A stretch of DNA of 55,583 nt from the NCBI GenBank assembly GCA_041496385.1, contig JBGQEL010000020.1, positions 1 to 55,583 on the forward strand, written 5' to 3'. Under the pieces are notes generated by a model. The model was not told the origin of the DNA, ran no database searches, and saw only the letters and a program-made list of their open reading frames with translations. This document shows, piece by piece, positions 9,690 through 19,679 of this stretch (position 1 is its first letter; each line of letters starts with the position of its first letter). This DNA comes from Candidatus Methylomirabilia bacterium. GTDB taxonomy: Bacteria; Methylomirabilota; Methylomirabilia; Rokubacteriales; CSP1-6. The position numbers were made by a program, and so were the translations under genes.

Positions 9690-9704
9690 GCCTCGGGTCG
9701 ATCC

Positions 9705-10535
9705 TCAGGGACGGTAGAAGGGCTTGTCGCCCTTGATCGTCACGCGATGACCGTGGCGCCGCTGCGGGAAGTAGTCCCACATCGCGTGGTGCTGCACGCA
9801 GCGGTTGTCCCAGAAGGCGATCGAATCCTTCCGCCAGCGGAAGCGGCAGTGAAACTCAGGCGTCTCCACGTGGCGGAAGAGGAACTGCAGGAGGGCATCG
9901 CTCTCGGGTCGCGCGAGCTGGACGATGCGGCGCGTGAAGCCGCCGTTCACGAAGAGCGCCTTCCGCCCGGAGACGGGATGCGTGCGGATCACGGGGTGCT
10001 CGGCCTTCGGGAACACCTTGCCCTCGTCCTTCAAGCCGTAACGGCCCCGGTAGACGTGCTCGCCCTCGTGCATGGCGGTGAGGTCTTCGAGGAAGCGCTT
10101 CATCGGCTCGGAGAGGGCGTCGTAGGCGGCGTACATGCTGGCGAAGAGCGTGTCGCCGCCCACCGGCGGCAGCTCGTGCATATAAAGGACGCTGCCCATC
10201 GGGGGGTCGGGGTCGCAGGAGACGTCGGAGTGCCAGTACTCGCCGGCGACGTGCTTGGAGTTCTCGTCGGCGTGGATGACCAGGATCTCGGGGTGGTCCT
10301 CGACGAGGCTCGGCGCCGCCGGGTGGGTGTGGAGCTCGCCGAAGAGCCGGCCGAACGCCTTGTGCTGGGCCGGCGTGAGGTGCTGGTCGCGAAAGAAGAT
10401 GACCCCGTGCGCGACCAGCGCGTCGTGGACTTCCTTGAAGGTGCGCTCGTCGAGCGGCTTCGCGAGGTCCACGCCCTGGATCTCGGCGCCGATGTACGGC
10501 GTGAGCTGTTCGACCTGGATGGACGTGTAGGTCAT
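9705..10535 (-). CDS. TauD/TfdA family 2-oxoglutarate/Fe(II) dioxygenase (taurine dioxygenase-like)
   Basis: IGAEIQGVDL, WHSD (HxD), GGDTLFA, WDNRCVQH. GGAGG RBS. Confidence 0.92.
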   Translation of the reverse strand: MTYTSIQVEQLTPYIGAEIQGVDLAKPLDERTFKEVHDALVAHGVIFFRDQHLTPAQHKAFGRLFGELHTHPAAPSLVEDHPEILVIHADENSKHVAGEYWHSDVSCDPDPPMGSVLYMHELPPVGGDTLFASMYAAYDALSEPMKRFLEDLTAMHEGEHVYRGRYGLKDEGKVFPKAEHPVIRTHPVSGRKALFVNGGFTRRIVQLARPESDALLQFLFRHVETPEFHCRFRWRKDSIAFWDNRCVQHHAMWDYFPQRRHGHRVTIKGDKPFYRP

Positions 10536-10635
10536 GGCCGATCCTCCCTGGGGCGCCCCGTCGACCCCGACGCGCGCCGGGCCGCGAGCCGAGGCTAGTC
10601 GGGTCGCGCCACCGGTGTCAAGGTATGATGCAGCC

Positions 10636-11814
10636 ATGGAACGCACGAAGCCCGGGCGGCGGCGGCGCCGGGGCGTGAGGAAGCCTACCCGCGCATCCAA
10701 GGTGGCCCCCGCTCCCGAGGTCTTGATCGACGAGCCCGACGCGCTCGCGGACGACGCCGCGTTCGCCGCGACCCCGGTAGACACGGTCAGGGATGTCGGC
10801 GCCGTCGCCGCGCCCGAGGAGCTCGCGCTCGAGCACGAGCCCATGGAGGCGCTCGCCACGCCCGAGCCCATCTTCGCCTCGCGCGTGCCGCCGCCGGCGC
10901 CCGAGCCGCCGCTGCCGGCGTCCCGGCGCGCGATCTTCTTCGACGTCGAGAACGCGAGCCAGCCCGGACGCATCGCGCGGGTGATCGACCACCTAGCCAT
11001 CGACCGCCTGGGCCGGCGGACGGAGTTCGTGGCGGTCGGGAACTGGCGCGTGATTGGCCAGGATACGGCACGCCTGCTCGCGCGCCACGGCGCCCAGCTC
11101 GTCCACAGCGCACCGTCGACGGGAGTGCGGGACTGGAGCGACCTCCGCATCGCGGTGAGCGCGGGGGTGTGGCTGGCCGCCGCCCGTCCCGGCGACGTGC
11201 TGGAGATCGTCTCCGACGACCGCGCCTTCGATGCGGTCGGGGACGTCGCGGCGGCGCTCGGCATCGCGTTCCGCCGGCTCTCCTCGCGCTCGCTCGCCGG
11301 CGCGCCGACGGAGGAGCCGCGCCCGGCGGCGCCGGTGAGCGACGCGAGGCGCCGGCGCGGCGGGCGTGGTGGCCGCCGCGCCGGTGGGCCCGCGCCCGCG
11401 GTGGTCGCCGAGCCGCGGCGCGTCGAGCCGAGGCGTCAGGAGGCGGCGCCGGCGGGCGAGGGGCACACCGCGCCGCACGACGAGCTGCTCCAGATCGTCC
11501 GCGAGCTGGCGGAGCGCGCGCCGAACGGCACGGTCCTCATCGACACCCTGGCGCGCACGCTCAAGGCGCGAGGCTTCGCGCGGCCGGCCGGCTCGCCGCG
11601 GCTCGTCACGCGGCTCCGGCGGATCAAGGAGCTGTCGGTGAGCCCGACGGGGATGATCACGCCGGTCGGCGAGGCGGCGTTGCCGGAGCCCGTCGCGGCG
11701 CTGGCGAGCGAGGAGGCAGGTGCGCCCGAGCCCGTCGCCGCCCGGCGGCGGCGGCGCGGGCGCCGCGGTGGACGCGGGCGGCGCCGCCCGGCGAGCGCGG
11801 GCGCGGCCACCTGA
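10636..11814 (+). CDS. NYN/PIN-like domain protein with putative C-terminal OST-HTH/LOTUS domain and Arg/Gly-rich tracts
   Basis: IFFDVEN, SDLRIAV and IVSDDRAF resemble NYN motifs. The C-terminal helical domain (LLQIVREL...LIDTLARTLKARGF) resembles LOTUS. Confidence 0.7.
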   Translation: MERTKPGRRRRRGVRKPTRASKVAPAPEVLIDEPDALADDAAFAATPVDTVRDVGAVAAPEELALEHEPMEALATPEPIFASRVPPPAPEPPLPASRRAIFFDVENASQPGRIARVIDHLAIDRLGRRTEFVAVGNWRVIGQDTARLLARHGAQLVHSAPSTGVRDWSDLRIAVSAGVWLAAARPGDVLEIVSDDRAFDAVGDVAAALGIAFRRLSSRSLAGAPTEEPRPAAPVSDARRRRGGRGGRRAGGPAPAVVAEPRRVEPRRQEAAPAGEGHTAPHDELLQIVRELAERAPNGTVLIDTLARTLKARGFARPAGSPRLVTRLRRIKELSVSPTGMITPVGEAALPEPVAALASEEAGAPEPVAARRRRRGRRGGRGRRRPASAGAAT

Positions 11815-11824
11815 GTCCCGGCGT

Positions 11825-12703
11825 CTAGCTCTTGACGAGCATCGCCTGCGCCCGCGCGCGCAGCTCGTCGGGCAGTGGCGTCGACTTGCGCGCGTCCATG
11901 TCGAGGTGGACGCCGAGCTGCTCGAGCGTCGCGACGCGCTCGCCGCTGCGCTCGTTCGTCATCACGTGGAGCAGGCGCATCGAGGAGTTACCCACGTGGA
12001 GCAAGGCCGACTCGACGCGGACCGCGTCGCCCGAGTGGAGCGGGCCGTCGACGGTCAACTGGAACTCGAAGGTCGAGAAGCCCCGGTGCGCGGTGCGCTG
12101 GTAGTCGGGCGTCATCCCGAGGCCCGCGATGGCGTGGCCGTTCGCCGCCGAGAAGCGATGGATGTAGTGCGCGAGCGCGCTCTGGTCGAAGACATCGGTC
12201 TCCCAGGGCTTGACGGTGTCGCGCGCGGTCTGGCGGAAGTCCTCGAGGCGTCGCGGCCGGGGCCGCTGCTCGCGCGCGGGACCGTCCCACTGGACGCGGT
12301 TCTCCTCCGCCGTCCGCTGCTGGTCGGGAGCGAAGGCCACCGCCCGGCGGCTCGCCAGCTCCACATGGCGGACGCGCTGCTCCACGGTGGTGCAGACGGC
12401 GCCGGTCTCCGAGTTGAAGACCTTGTGGCCCAGGACGAGCGCGTCCGGCTCGACCGCGACGACGCCGCTCTCGGCGTGCATGAGATCGCCCACGCGTAGC
12501 TCGTGCTCGTAGCGGACGTAGCAGGCGGTCGTCACGCAGCCTCGCCCCGAACGGTCCATGTACGCCGGCCCGAGGCCCAGCGCCTCGAGCAGGTTGAGCC
12601 CGGCGTCGGCGAAGCGGACGAAGTAGTAGGCGACCGTGAGGTGGTCGTTCTGGTCGACCTCCCAGCGGTACACAACCCCTCGATATGTCTCGAGCCAGCC
12701 CAC
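11825..12703 (-). CDS. Double hotdog-fold acyl-CoA thioesterase
   Basis: Two repeats: VYRWEVDQNDHLTVAYY and VKPWETDVFDQSALAHY, followed by hotdog beta strands. Confidence 0.8.
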   Translation of the reverse strand: MGWLETYRGVVYRWEVDQNDHLTVAYYFVRFADAGLNLLEALGLGPAYMDRSGRGCVTTACYVRYEHELRVGDLMHAESGVVAVEPDALVLGHKVFNSETGAVCTTVEQRVRHVELASRRAVAFAPDQQRTAEENRVQWDGPAREQRPRPRRLEDFRQTARDTVKPWETDVFDQSALAHYIHRFSAANGHAIAGLGMTPDYQRTAHRGFSTFEFQLTVDGPLHSGDAVRVESALLHVGNSSMRLLHVMTNERSGERVATLEQLGVHLDMDARKSTPLPDELRARAQAMLVKS

Positions 12704-12754
12704 ATTCGCCTCCCTGCGGGAATCTCTCTCCGCCCCTGCTACAATCCTAAGGGC

Positions 12755-15214
12755 ATGACCCCCGACGGCAAGGGCAGCAGCCTATCTCAGATTCAGCCCG
12801 CGCGCTCGACTGAAGTCCGTTCGGTCCTGCTGGACGGCCCGGCCACGTTCCCGTTCCGGAGGGAGCTGAGCCTGGCGCCCCTGCTCAACTTCTGGGCCCA
12901 GGAGTTCGGCAACGTGCTGTCCCCCAAGGGCCGCTTCGCGGGGATCGTGCGGGAGGAGGCCGAGAAGGCGCCGGAGCTGCTGAGTCCCATCACCGACCTC
13001 TCCGTCATCGCCCGGTATCGGGAGCTGATCGACGTGCTGATGGCCGCCGTCTTCCCGCCGGCCTCGTTCGATCAGGAGTTCGGCGCCGCGCTCGTGCCGT
13101 TCCAGTGGGAGAGCTTCTACCATACGCCCGCGTTCGAGCGCCTCTTCAAGGGCGAGGACGGCGCCATTCGTGGGAGCGTGAACCTCGACCCCGCGACGCT
13201 CGATACCGTGCGGCGCCTGAAAGCGTACGCGCTGGTGCTCGAGCGCGTTTACGGCGTCGAGCTGCGCCTGGACTACCCGACGACCCTGACGGTGACCGAC
13301 CCGGACACGGGCCTCGACCGCCACTTCCGGGTGGAGCTGGACCCGCGCTTCATCGACGTGGAGGCGGTGGGTCCGGTGCCGCCGCTCACCGACGCCGCCC
13401 GCCTGCGACTGCGCGACGCCCACATGAACCCGGATCTTCTCGGCGAGCTCGTCCCACCGGAGCGCTTCGTGCTGCGTGGGTTCACGATCTTCCGGGCCGT
13501 CGAGGTGACGATCCGCGAGGTGCTGTCCTCGCTCAAGCGCGACCTGATCGACAAGGAGTCGATCGTCTCGAGCACGCTCTTCCAGGTGTTGCAGCAGCGG
13601 CTCCGGACGCTGTTCCGGCGACCCGAGCTCCGCTTCGGCCTGGCCGCGCTCGACGGCGATCAGGTGCTCGTGCTCAACTACGGCGTCCAGACCGAGGACG
13701 GCTGCATCTTCGCGGACTCGCGCCATCTGACGACGGCGGACTTCGCCGGGTCCATCTACGAGCGCGCGGTCAGCCAGGGGGGGCCGCTGATCGTCGAAGA
13801 TCTGGAAGCCGTGTCCGGCCGGACGCCGGTCGACGACGAGGTGCTCCAGAGTGGGGTGCGCAACATCATCGTCGCGCCGCTCCACTATCAGGACAAGGTC
13901 ATCGGCACCCTCGAGCTGGGCTCGCCGCGGCCGGGCGATCTCGACGCGTCCCATCTGCCGCTGCTCCAGGAGGTGCTGCCGCTGTTCGCGATGGCGGTCC
14001 AGCGGAGCATGGGGGAGCTGAACTCCCGCATCCAGGCGGTCATCAAGGAGAAGTGCACGGCGATCCATCCCGTCGTCGAGTGGCGGTTTCGCAAGGCGGT
14101 GCTCGCCGGCATCGAGCAGCACGCCGAGGGGGGCGCGGACGGCAGTCTCGAGATCGAGCCGATCGTCTTCGAGCGCGTCTACCCGCTCTACGCGCTCTCC
14201 GACATCCGCGGCTCCTCGACGCAGCGGAGCGTCGCGATCCAGGCCGACCTGCTCACGCAGCTCCGCCTGGCGAAGGACGTGGTGCAGGCCGCGCACCAGG
14301 CGCGCCAGCTCCCGGCGCTCGACGAGCTGCGGTACCGCCTGGACAAGACCATCGCCCGGATCGACAAGAGCCTGCGGTCGGGCGACGAGGCCGGGGTCGT
14401 CAACTTCCTCCGCGCCGACGTCGAGCGCCAGTTCGACACCCTGCAGGAGTTCGGGGTCGCCGTGCGCGAGCGCGTCGCGGCCTACCGCGCGGCGATCGAT
14501 CCGAAGATCGGCACGGTGTACCAGCGGCGCCGGCTCTTCGAGGAGAGCGTGACACGGATCGCCGAGGGGATCTCGTCGTACCTCGACCTCGAGGAGCAGA
14601 CCGCGCAGGGCATGTTCCCGCACTACTTCGAGAAGCAGAAGACCGACGGCGTGGACTACCAGATCTACGTCGGTGGCTCGCTCCTCGAGGACGGGCGCTT
14701 CGATCCGCTCTATCTGAAGTCGCTGCGCCTCTGGCAGCTCATGGTCACCTGCGGCGTGGCGCGCCGGGCCCATCAGCTCCGGGACCAGCTCCCGGTGCCG
14801 CTCGAGACGACGCATCTGGTCCTGGTCCAGCACACGCCCCTGTCGATCCGCTTCCGCTTCGACGAGAAGCGCTTCGACGTGGACGGCGCGTACGATATCC
14901 GCTACGAGATCGTCAAGAAGCGGATCGACAAGGCGGTGATCCGTGGCACGAACGAGCGCGCCACCCAGCCGGGCAAGATCGCGATCGTCTACGCGCAGGC
15001 CGGCGAGGCGCAGGAGTACCGCGCCTACATCGAGTATCTCCAGCACCTCGGGTATCTCGCGAAGGACGTCGAGGACTTCGAGCTGGAGGAGCTGCAGGGC
15101 GTCCATGGGCTCCGCGCCCTCCGGGTCGCCGTCAACCTCGACAACCCGCGCGTCGAGCGGCCGGTGCCGCTCCGCGATCTCCAGACGGCCGCCCCCCTCC
15201 GGACCGCGCGCTAG
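12755..15214 (+). CDS. GAF domain protein (819 aa) with putative divergent class III nucleotidyl-cyclase C-terminal domain
   Basis: [22 protein letters not shown]-terminal motifs SDIRGSS, EKQKTDG, FDVDG, KKRID, PGKI. The cyclase call is inference. Confidence 0.75.
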   Translation: MTPDGKGSSLSQIQPARSTEVRSVLLDGPATFPFRRELSLAPLLNFWAQEFGNVLSPKGRFAGIVREEAEKAPELLSPITDLSVIARYRELIDVLMAAVFPPASFDQEFGAALVPFQWESFYHTPAFERLFKGEDGAIRGSVNLDPATLDTVRRLKAYALVLERVYGVELRLDYPTTLTVTDPDTGLDRHFRVELDPRFIDVEAVGPVPPLTDAARLRLRDAHMNPDLLGELVPPERFVLRGFTIFRAVEVTIREVLSSLKRDLIDKESIVSSTLFQVLQQRLRTLFRRPELRFGLAALDGDQVLVLNYGVQTEDGCIFADSRHLTTADFAGSIYERAVSQGGPLIVEDLEAVSGRTPVDDEVLQSGVRNIIVAPLHYQDKVIGTLELGSPRPGDLDASHLPLLQEVLPLFAMAVQRSMGELNSRIQAVIKEKCTAIHPVVEWRFRKAVLAGIEQHAEGGADGSLEIEPIVFERVYPLYALSDIRGSSTQRSVAIQADLLTQLRLAKDVVQAAHQARQLPALDELRYRLDKTIARIDKSLRSGDEAGVVNFLRADVERQFDTLQEFGVAVRERVAAYRAAIDPKIGTVYQRRRLFEESVTRIAEGISSYLDLEEQTAQGMFPHYFEKQKTDGVDYQIYVGGSLLEDGRFDPLYLKSLRLWQLMVTCGVARRAHQLRDQLPVPLETTHLVLVQHTPLSIRFRFDEKRFDVDGAYDIRYEIVKKRIDKAVIRGTNERATQPGKIAIVYAQAGEAQEYRAYIEYLQHLGYLAKDVEDFELEELQGVHGLRALRVAVNLDNPRVERPVPLRDLQTAAPLRTAR

Positions 15215-16194
15215 AGGTTGAGCGCCTTCATCAGCGGCGCCGGGTAGCGCAGCCCCGCGGCGGCGCCCGCGGGCACGGCCGCCGAGATCCGGCGCACGTC
15301 CTCAGGGCTCAGCAGGACGTCCACCGCGCGCGCGTTCTCCTCCAGCCGCTCGATCCGCTTCGTTCCCGGGATGGGGACGATGTCGCGGCCCTGCGCCAGG
15401 AGCCAGGCGAGCACGAGCTGGCCGGGCGTGCAGCCCTTCTCTTTCGCGATCGCTTCGAGCTTCGCCACCAGCTCGAGGTTCCGCTCGAGATTGTCACCCT
15501 GGAACCGTGGGTGGTCGCGGCGGCGGTCGTCCTGCGGGATCTCGGCCGCGCTGTGGACGCGGCCGGTCAGCAGGCTCCGGCCGAGCGGCGAGTAGGCCAC
15601 GAGCGCGATGCCGAGCTCGCGCAGGGTGGGGAGCGCCGCCTCGGCCTCGGTGCGATAGAGCAGGGAATACTCGGTCTGGAGCGCGGCGATCGGGTGGACC
15701 GCGTAGGCGCGGCGCACGGTCGCGGGCGCGGCCTCCGAGAGACCGAGGAAGCGCACCTTGCCCTGGCGGACGAGCGTCGCCATGGCGCCCACGGTGTCCT
15801 CGATCGGCACGCTCGGGTCCACGCGGTGCTGGTAGTAGAGGTCGATCTCGTCCACGCCGAGGCGCTTGAGGCTCGCGTCGCAGGCCTGGATCACGTACTC
15901 GGGCCGGCCGTTCACGCCTGGGGTCCCGTCGGGCTTCCGGAGGTTGCCGAACTTGGTCGCGAGCACGGCCGTGTCCCGGCGCCCCGCGAGCGCCTTGCCG
16001 AGCAGCTCCTCGTTGTGGCCCCAGCCGTACATGTCCGAGGAGTCGAGGAAGTTGACGCCGAGGTCCAGCGCGCGATGGATCACCGCGATGGACTGCGCGT
16101 CGTCGTACTTGCCGTACGCCCCCGACATGGACATGCAGCCGAGACCGACGGCCGATACCTTGAGCGTGCTGTTGCCGAGCGTTCGATAGTGCAC
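15211..16194 (-). CDS. Aldo/keto reductase
   Basis: [44 protein letters not shown] before the GTG. Confidence 0.93.
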   Translation of the reverse strand: MHYRTLGNSTLKVSAVGLGCMSMSGAYGKYDDAQSIAVIHRALDLGVNFLDSSDMYGWGHNEELLGKALAGRRDTAVLATKFGNLRKPDGTPGVNGRPEYVIQACDASLKRLGVDEIDLYYQHRVDPSVPIEDTVGAMATLVRQGKVRFLGLSEAAPATVRRAYAVHPIAALQTEYSLLYRTEAEAALPTLRELGIALVAYSPLGRSLLTGRVHSAAEIPQDDRRRDHPRFQGDNLERNLELVAKLEAIAKEKGCTPGQLVLAWLLAQGRDIVPIPGTKRIERLEENARAVDVLLSPEDVRRISAAVPAGAAAGLRYPAPLMKALNL

Positions 16195-16316
16195 TGGCCC
16201 CTCCGTGGGATCGCGACCCTGGGTACGATGCCGCCGACGGATTCTAGCGCAGACGGGGTGGACTCGAGCGGCACTTTCATGCGTCGTCTGGATGGACAAT
16301 CTCCTGAGAGCTCGCA

Positions 16317-17594
16317 TCAGGCGTCCCGCGTCACGCGGTCGGCCACGAGCGACGCGATCTCCGCCTCCGTGAATCCGAGCCCACCGAGGATCGCGCGCGT
16401 TTCCGAGCCGAGGGGCGGTGTGGGCGGCGCGGGCCGGAAGCCGGGACCGTCGAGCGTCAGCGGCGGCGCGAGCACGCGGATCGGGCCGAGGGCCGGGTGC
16501 GGGAGCTCGTGGACCATCTCGTTCGCGACAGCCTGCGCGTCGTCCAGCAGCTCGAACGGCAGCTTCACGTCGGAGGCCGGCAGGCCGTGGGCGTCGAGGA
16601 CCGTTTTCCACTCGGCCGTCGGCCGCGACGCCATCACGCCCTCGACGCGCGCGCGCAGCGTCGCGTAGTGCCGCGCCTGGCCCTCGCGGTCGGCGATCGG
16701 CGCCGCGTGGTGCGCATCGGCGAGGCCCAGGGCCTTCATGAACGCGCGCTGGAGCCCGGGGCTGACGCAGGCGACCCCCATGACGCCGTCGCGCGTCGCG
16801 TAGGTGCGGAAGTAAACGTTGACCATGCCCGGCGTGCGCACCTGGGGAACGAGCGCCGCCTGTTCCGGGAAGGGCCGGCCCGCGGCCCGCAGCTCCGCGA
16901 GGCTGGCGCGCGCCGCCGCGTGCGTGGCGCCGTCGAGCTCCTCCACGCGGACCATCGAGTTGTTCTGGAGCACGAGCGCCGCCATCATGAGCGCCACGTC
17001 GACCCGGCCGCCGTGCCCGGTGCGCTCGCGACGCAGGAGCGCGGACGCGATGCCGAACGCGAGCGTCATCGCGCACATGTAGTCGGCCACGGGCGCGTCG
17101 CCGGACATCGGAAAGCCGTCCTGCACGCGACCCAGCGTGGCCATGAGGCCGGTCCGTGCCTGCACGACCAGGTCCATGCCGGCCAGCCCGGCGTCGGGCC
17201 CGCGTCTGCCGAAGGCGCTGACGTTGCCGACGACGAGGCGCGGATGGCGGGGCGCGAGGCTCGCGTGGTCGAGACCGAGCTCCTCGGCGAGCCCGGGGCG
17301 GAAGTTCGTCAGGACGACGTCGGCGCGCGCGAGCAGGCGCTGGAGCACCTCCGTCACGCGCGGATGGCGGAGATCGAGCGGCAGCGCGTGCTTGCCGCGG
17401 TTGCGCGAGACGAAGTGGCGCGTCTCACCGGACGCTCCGAGCGGCGCGAGCTGGCGCACGGGATCGCCCTCGAGCGCCTCGACCTTGACGACGCGGGCGC
17501 CGCCCTCGCCGAGCACCTGCGCGCAGAACGGGACCGCGATGAACTGGCCGAACTCCACCACCTCGATGCCGGCGAAGGGCCTCGTCTCGTCCAT
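16317..17594 (-). CDS. CaiB/BaiF family (class III) CoA transferase
   Basis: [29 protein letters not shown], catalytic Asp in PVAD. Confidence 0.9.
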   Translation of the reverse strand: MDETRPFAGIEVVEFGQFIAVPFCAQVLGEGGARVVKVEALEGDPVRQLAPLGASGETRHFVSRNRGKHALPLDLRHPRVTEVLQRLLARADVVLTNFRPGLAEELGLDHASLAPRHPRLVVGNVSAFGRRGPDAGLAGMDLVVQARTGLMATLGRVQDGFPMSGDAPVADYMCAMTLAFGIASALLRRERTGHGGRVDVALMMAALVLQNNSMVRVEELDGATHAAARASLAELRAAGRPFPEQAALVPQVRTPGMVNVYFRTYATRDGVMGVACVSPGLQRAFMKALGLADAHHAAPIADREGQARHYATLRARVEGVMASRPTAEWKTVLDAHGLPASDVKLPFELLDDAQAVANEMVHELPHPALGPIRVLAPPLTLDGPGFRPAPPTPPLGSETRAILGGLGFTEAEIASLVADRVTRDA

Positions 17595-17639
17595 GACGCG
17601 TAAGGGTAGCGGGGAATCTGCTATCCTCCAAGCCCGGCC

Positions 17640-19679
17640 ATGAAGACCGACCTTCCGAGCGTCTGCCCGCTCGATTGCCCCGACACCTGCAGCCTGACCG
17701 TCACGGTCGAGGACGGCCGGATCGCCGCCGTGCGCGGCTCGGACGCCAACCCGTACACGGCGAGCGTCCTCTGCGCCAAGGTGCCGGCTTCGTACCCGGC
17801 CTTCGTCCACGGGCCCGGCCGGCTCCTCACGCCGCTCCGGCGGGTCGGGCGGAAGGGCGAGGGGCGCTTCGAGCGTGTCTCCTGGCAGGAGGCGCTCGAC
17901 CTCGTTCACGCGCGCTTCACGCGCGCCGCCGCCGAGCACGGTCCGCAGGCGATCCTGCCGCTCAACTACGCCGGCCCGCACGGCATGCTCGCGGGCGGGT
18001 CCATGGATCTGCGCTTCTTCCACAAGCTGGGCGCGAGCCTGCTCGATCGGCGCCCGCTCTGCGGCGGGATCCGCACCGAGGCGTGGGTGGGCACCTTCGG
18101 CCCCGTGCCCGGTATGCGCCCCGAGCAGGCCGAGGCGGCGAAGCTGATCGTCGCCTGGGGCAACAACGTCACGTGGTCGAACCTGCACTTCACGCCGGTC
18201 ATCAACCGTGCGCGGAAGAACGGCGCGAAGCTCGTCGTCGTGGACCCGCGCCGGACGGTGATCGCGCGCCAGGCCGACCTCCACGTGCCGCTCCGGCCGG
18301 GAACGGACGTGGTGCTCGCCTGGGCCGTGGCCGCGGAGCTGGAGCGCCGCGGCGCGCTGGACCGCGCGTTCATCGAGCGCTGGGTGGAGGGCTTCGACGA
18401 GTTCATGGCGGGGGCGCGGCCCTGGAGCCCGGGCGAGGCCGCGCGCGTCTGCGGCGTGCCGGAAGACTCGGTGCGGCGGCTCGCCGAGTGGTACGCGACG
18501 CTCTCGCCCGCGGCGATCAGCGTGGGCAACGGGCTCGAACGCAACCGCTGGGGCGGCAGCGGCATCCGCGCCGTCCTTGCGCTGCCCGCGCTCGCGGGAA
18601 AGTTCGGCGTGCCCGGCGGAGGCCTCGTCAACGGCGCCTCGTTCGCGTTCCCGAAGACGCCGGCGAAGCTGGCGCGCCCCGACCTGATCGCGCCGGGGAC
18701 GCGCACGCTGAACATCATCGACGTCGGCCGCCACCTGCTGGATCCGGGCCTGGCGCCGCCCCTGAAGGCGCTCTTCATCTACAACCACAACCCGCTGATC
18801 GTCCACCCGGACCAGAACCGCCTGCGGCGCGGCCTCGAGCGCGAGGATCTCTTCGTCGTCGGCTCCGACGTGGTGATGACCGACTCGCTCGCGTACGCGG
18901 ACGTCGTGCTGCCCGCGGCGAGCCATTTCGAGCACGCCGACCTCTACCCGGCGTACGGCCAGCACTGGCTCCAGCGCGCGGAGCCCGTCATTGCGCCCCA
19001 GGGCGAGGCGCTGCCGAACACCGAGATCTTCCGGCGACTGGCCGCGCGCTTCGGCTTCGCCGAGCCGATCTTCAGGGCGAGCGACGCCGAGCTGATGGAC
19101 GACGCGCTCGACGGGGACGACCCGCGACTCGGCGGCGTGCGTCCGAGCCGGCTCCCGACCGGCCGCGCGCTCGCCATGACAGTGGGCGGCGCGGAGGCGG
19201 TCCTCTTCGGCAACGTGTTTCCGAAGACGAAGTCGGGGAAGGCGGAGCTGGCGTCGAGTTATCTCGAGAAGAAGTACGGGGCGCGGCTGCCCGGCTTCCG
19301 CCCCCTCGAATCGCGCTACGCGCTGACGCTCATCTCGCCGGCTTCGGACAAGCGCATCACCTCGACCTTCGGCAGCGTCGACGGCGGGGACGCGCCCGAC
19401 CTCGAGATGCACCCGGAAGACGCGCGGGCCCGGGGCCTCCGGGATGGCGCGCGGGTGCGCGTCTTCAACGACCTCGGCGAGATCCGGCTGCCGCTTCGGG
19501 TGACCGACACGGTGCGGCCGGGCGTCGTCTCGACGCTGAAGGGCGGCTGGATGGGCACGAGCGACAACGGCCAGACGGTCTCCGCGCTCTGCCCGGCGGA
19601 CCACGCCGACATCTCCGAGGGCGCCTGCTTCAACGACGCGCGCGTCGAGGTGGCGGCGCTCAGCGCGCCGGCCGCTTGA
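17640..19679 (+). CDS. Molybdopterin (bis-MGD) oxidoreductase, DMSO reductase family, with N-terminal 4Fe-4S site
   Basis: CPLDCPDTC...CAK, VVVDPRRT, RPGTD, ADVVLPA, HPEDA. Confidence 0.92.
   Translation: MKTDLPSVCPLDCPDTCSLTVTVEDGRIAAVRGSDANPYTASVLCAKVPASYPAFVHGPGRLLTPLRRVGRKGEGRFERVSWQEALDLVHARFTRAAAEHGPQAILPLNYAGPHGMLAGGSMDLRFFHKLGASLLDRRPLCGGIRTEAWVGTFGPVPGMRPEQAEAAKLIVAWGNNVTWSNLHFTPVINRARKNGAKLVVVDPRRTVIARQADLHVPLRPGTDVVLAWAVAAELERRGALDRAFIERWVEGFDEFMAGARPWSPGEAARVCGVPEDSVRRLAEWYATLSPAAISVGNGLERNRWGGSGIRAVLALPALAGKFGVPGGGLVNGASFAFPKTPAKLARPDLIAPGTRTLNIIDVGRHLLDPGLAPPLKALFIYNHNPLIVHPDQNRLRRGLEREDLFVVGSDVVMTDSLAYADVVLPAASHFEHADLYPAYGQHWLQRAEPVIAPQGEALPNTEIFRRLAARFGFAEPIFRASDAELMDDALDGDDPRLGGVRPSRLPTGRALAMTVGGAEAVLFGNVFPKTKSGKAELASSYLEKKYGARLPGFRPLESRYALTLISPASDKRITSTFGSVDGGDAPDLEMHPEDARARGLRDGARVRVFNDLGEIRLPLRVTDTVRPGVVSTLKGGWMGTSDNGQTVSALCPADHADISEGACFNDARVEVAALSAPAA

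Noticed and set aside
10636..15214. Anti-phage defence island (NYN nuclease near a putative cyclase, Pycsar/CBASS-like)
   Set aside because: The genes have separate promoters and are split by an opposite-strand thioesterase. No cyclic-nucleotide-binding effector or mobile-element context is present.
15211..15214. Convergent genes sharing overlapping stops (CTAG) and other short 3' overlaps
   Set aside because: Common in compact GC-rich genomes and not informative alone.
16195..16317. In-frame upstream ATG (TGATG with the CoA transferase stop) that would add ~41 aa to the aldo/keto reductase
   Set aside because: The GTG at 16194 has a GGAGG RBS and a typical AKR start, and the spacer contains a TAGAAT -10 box.
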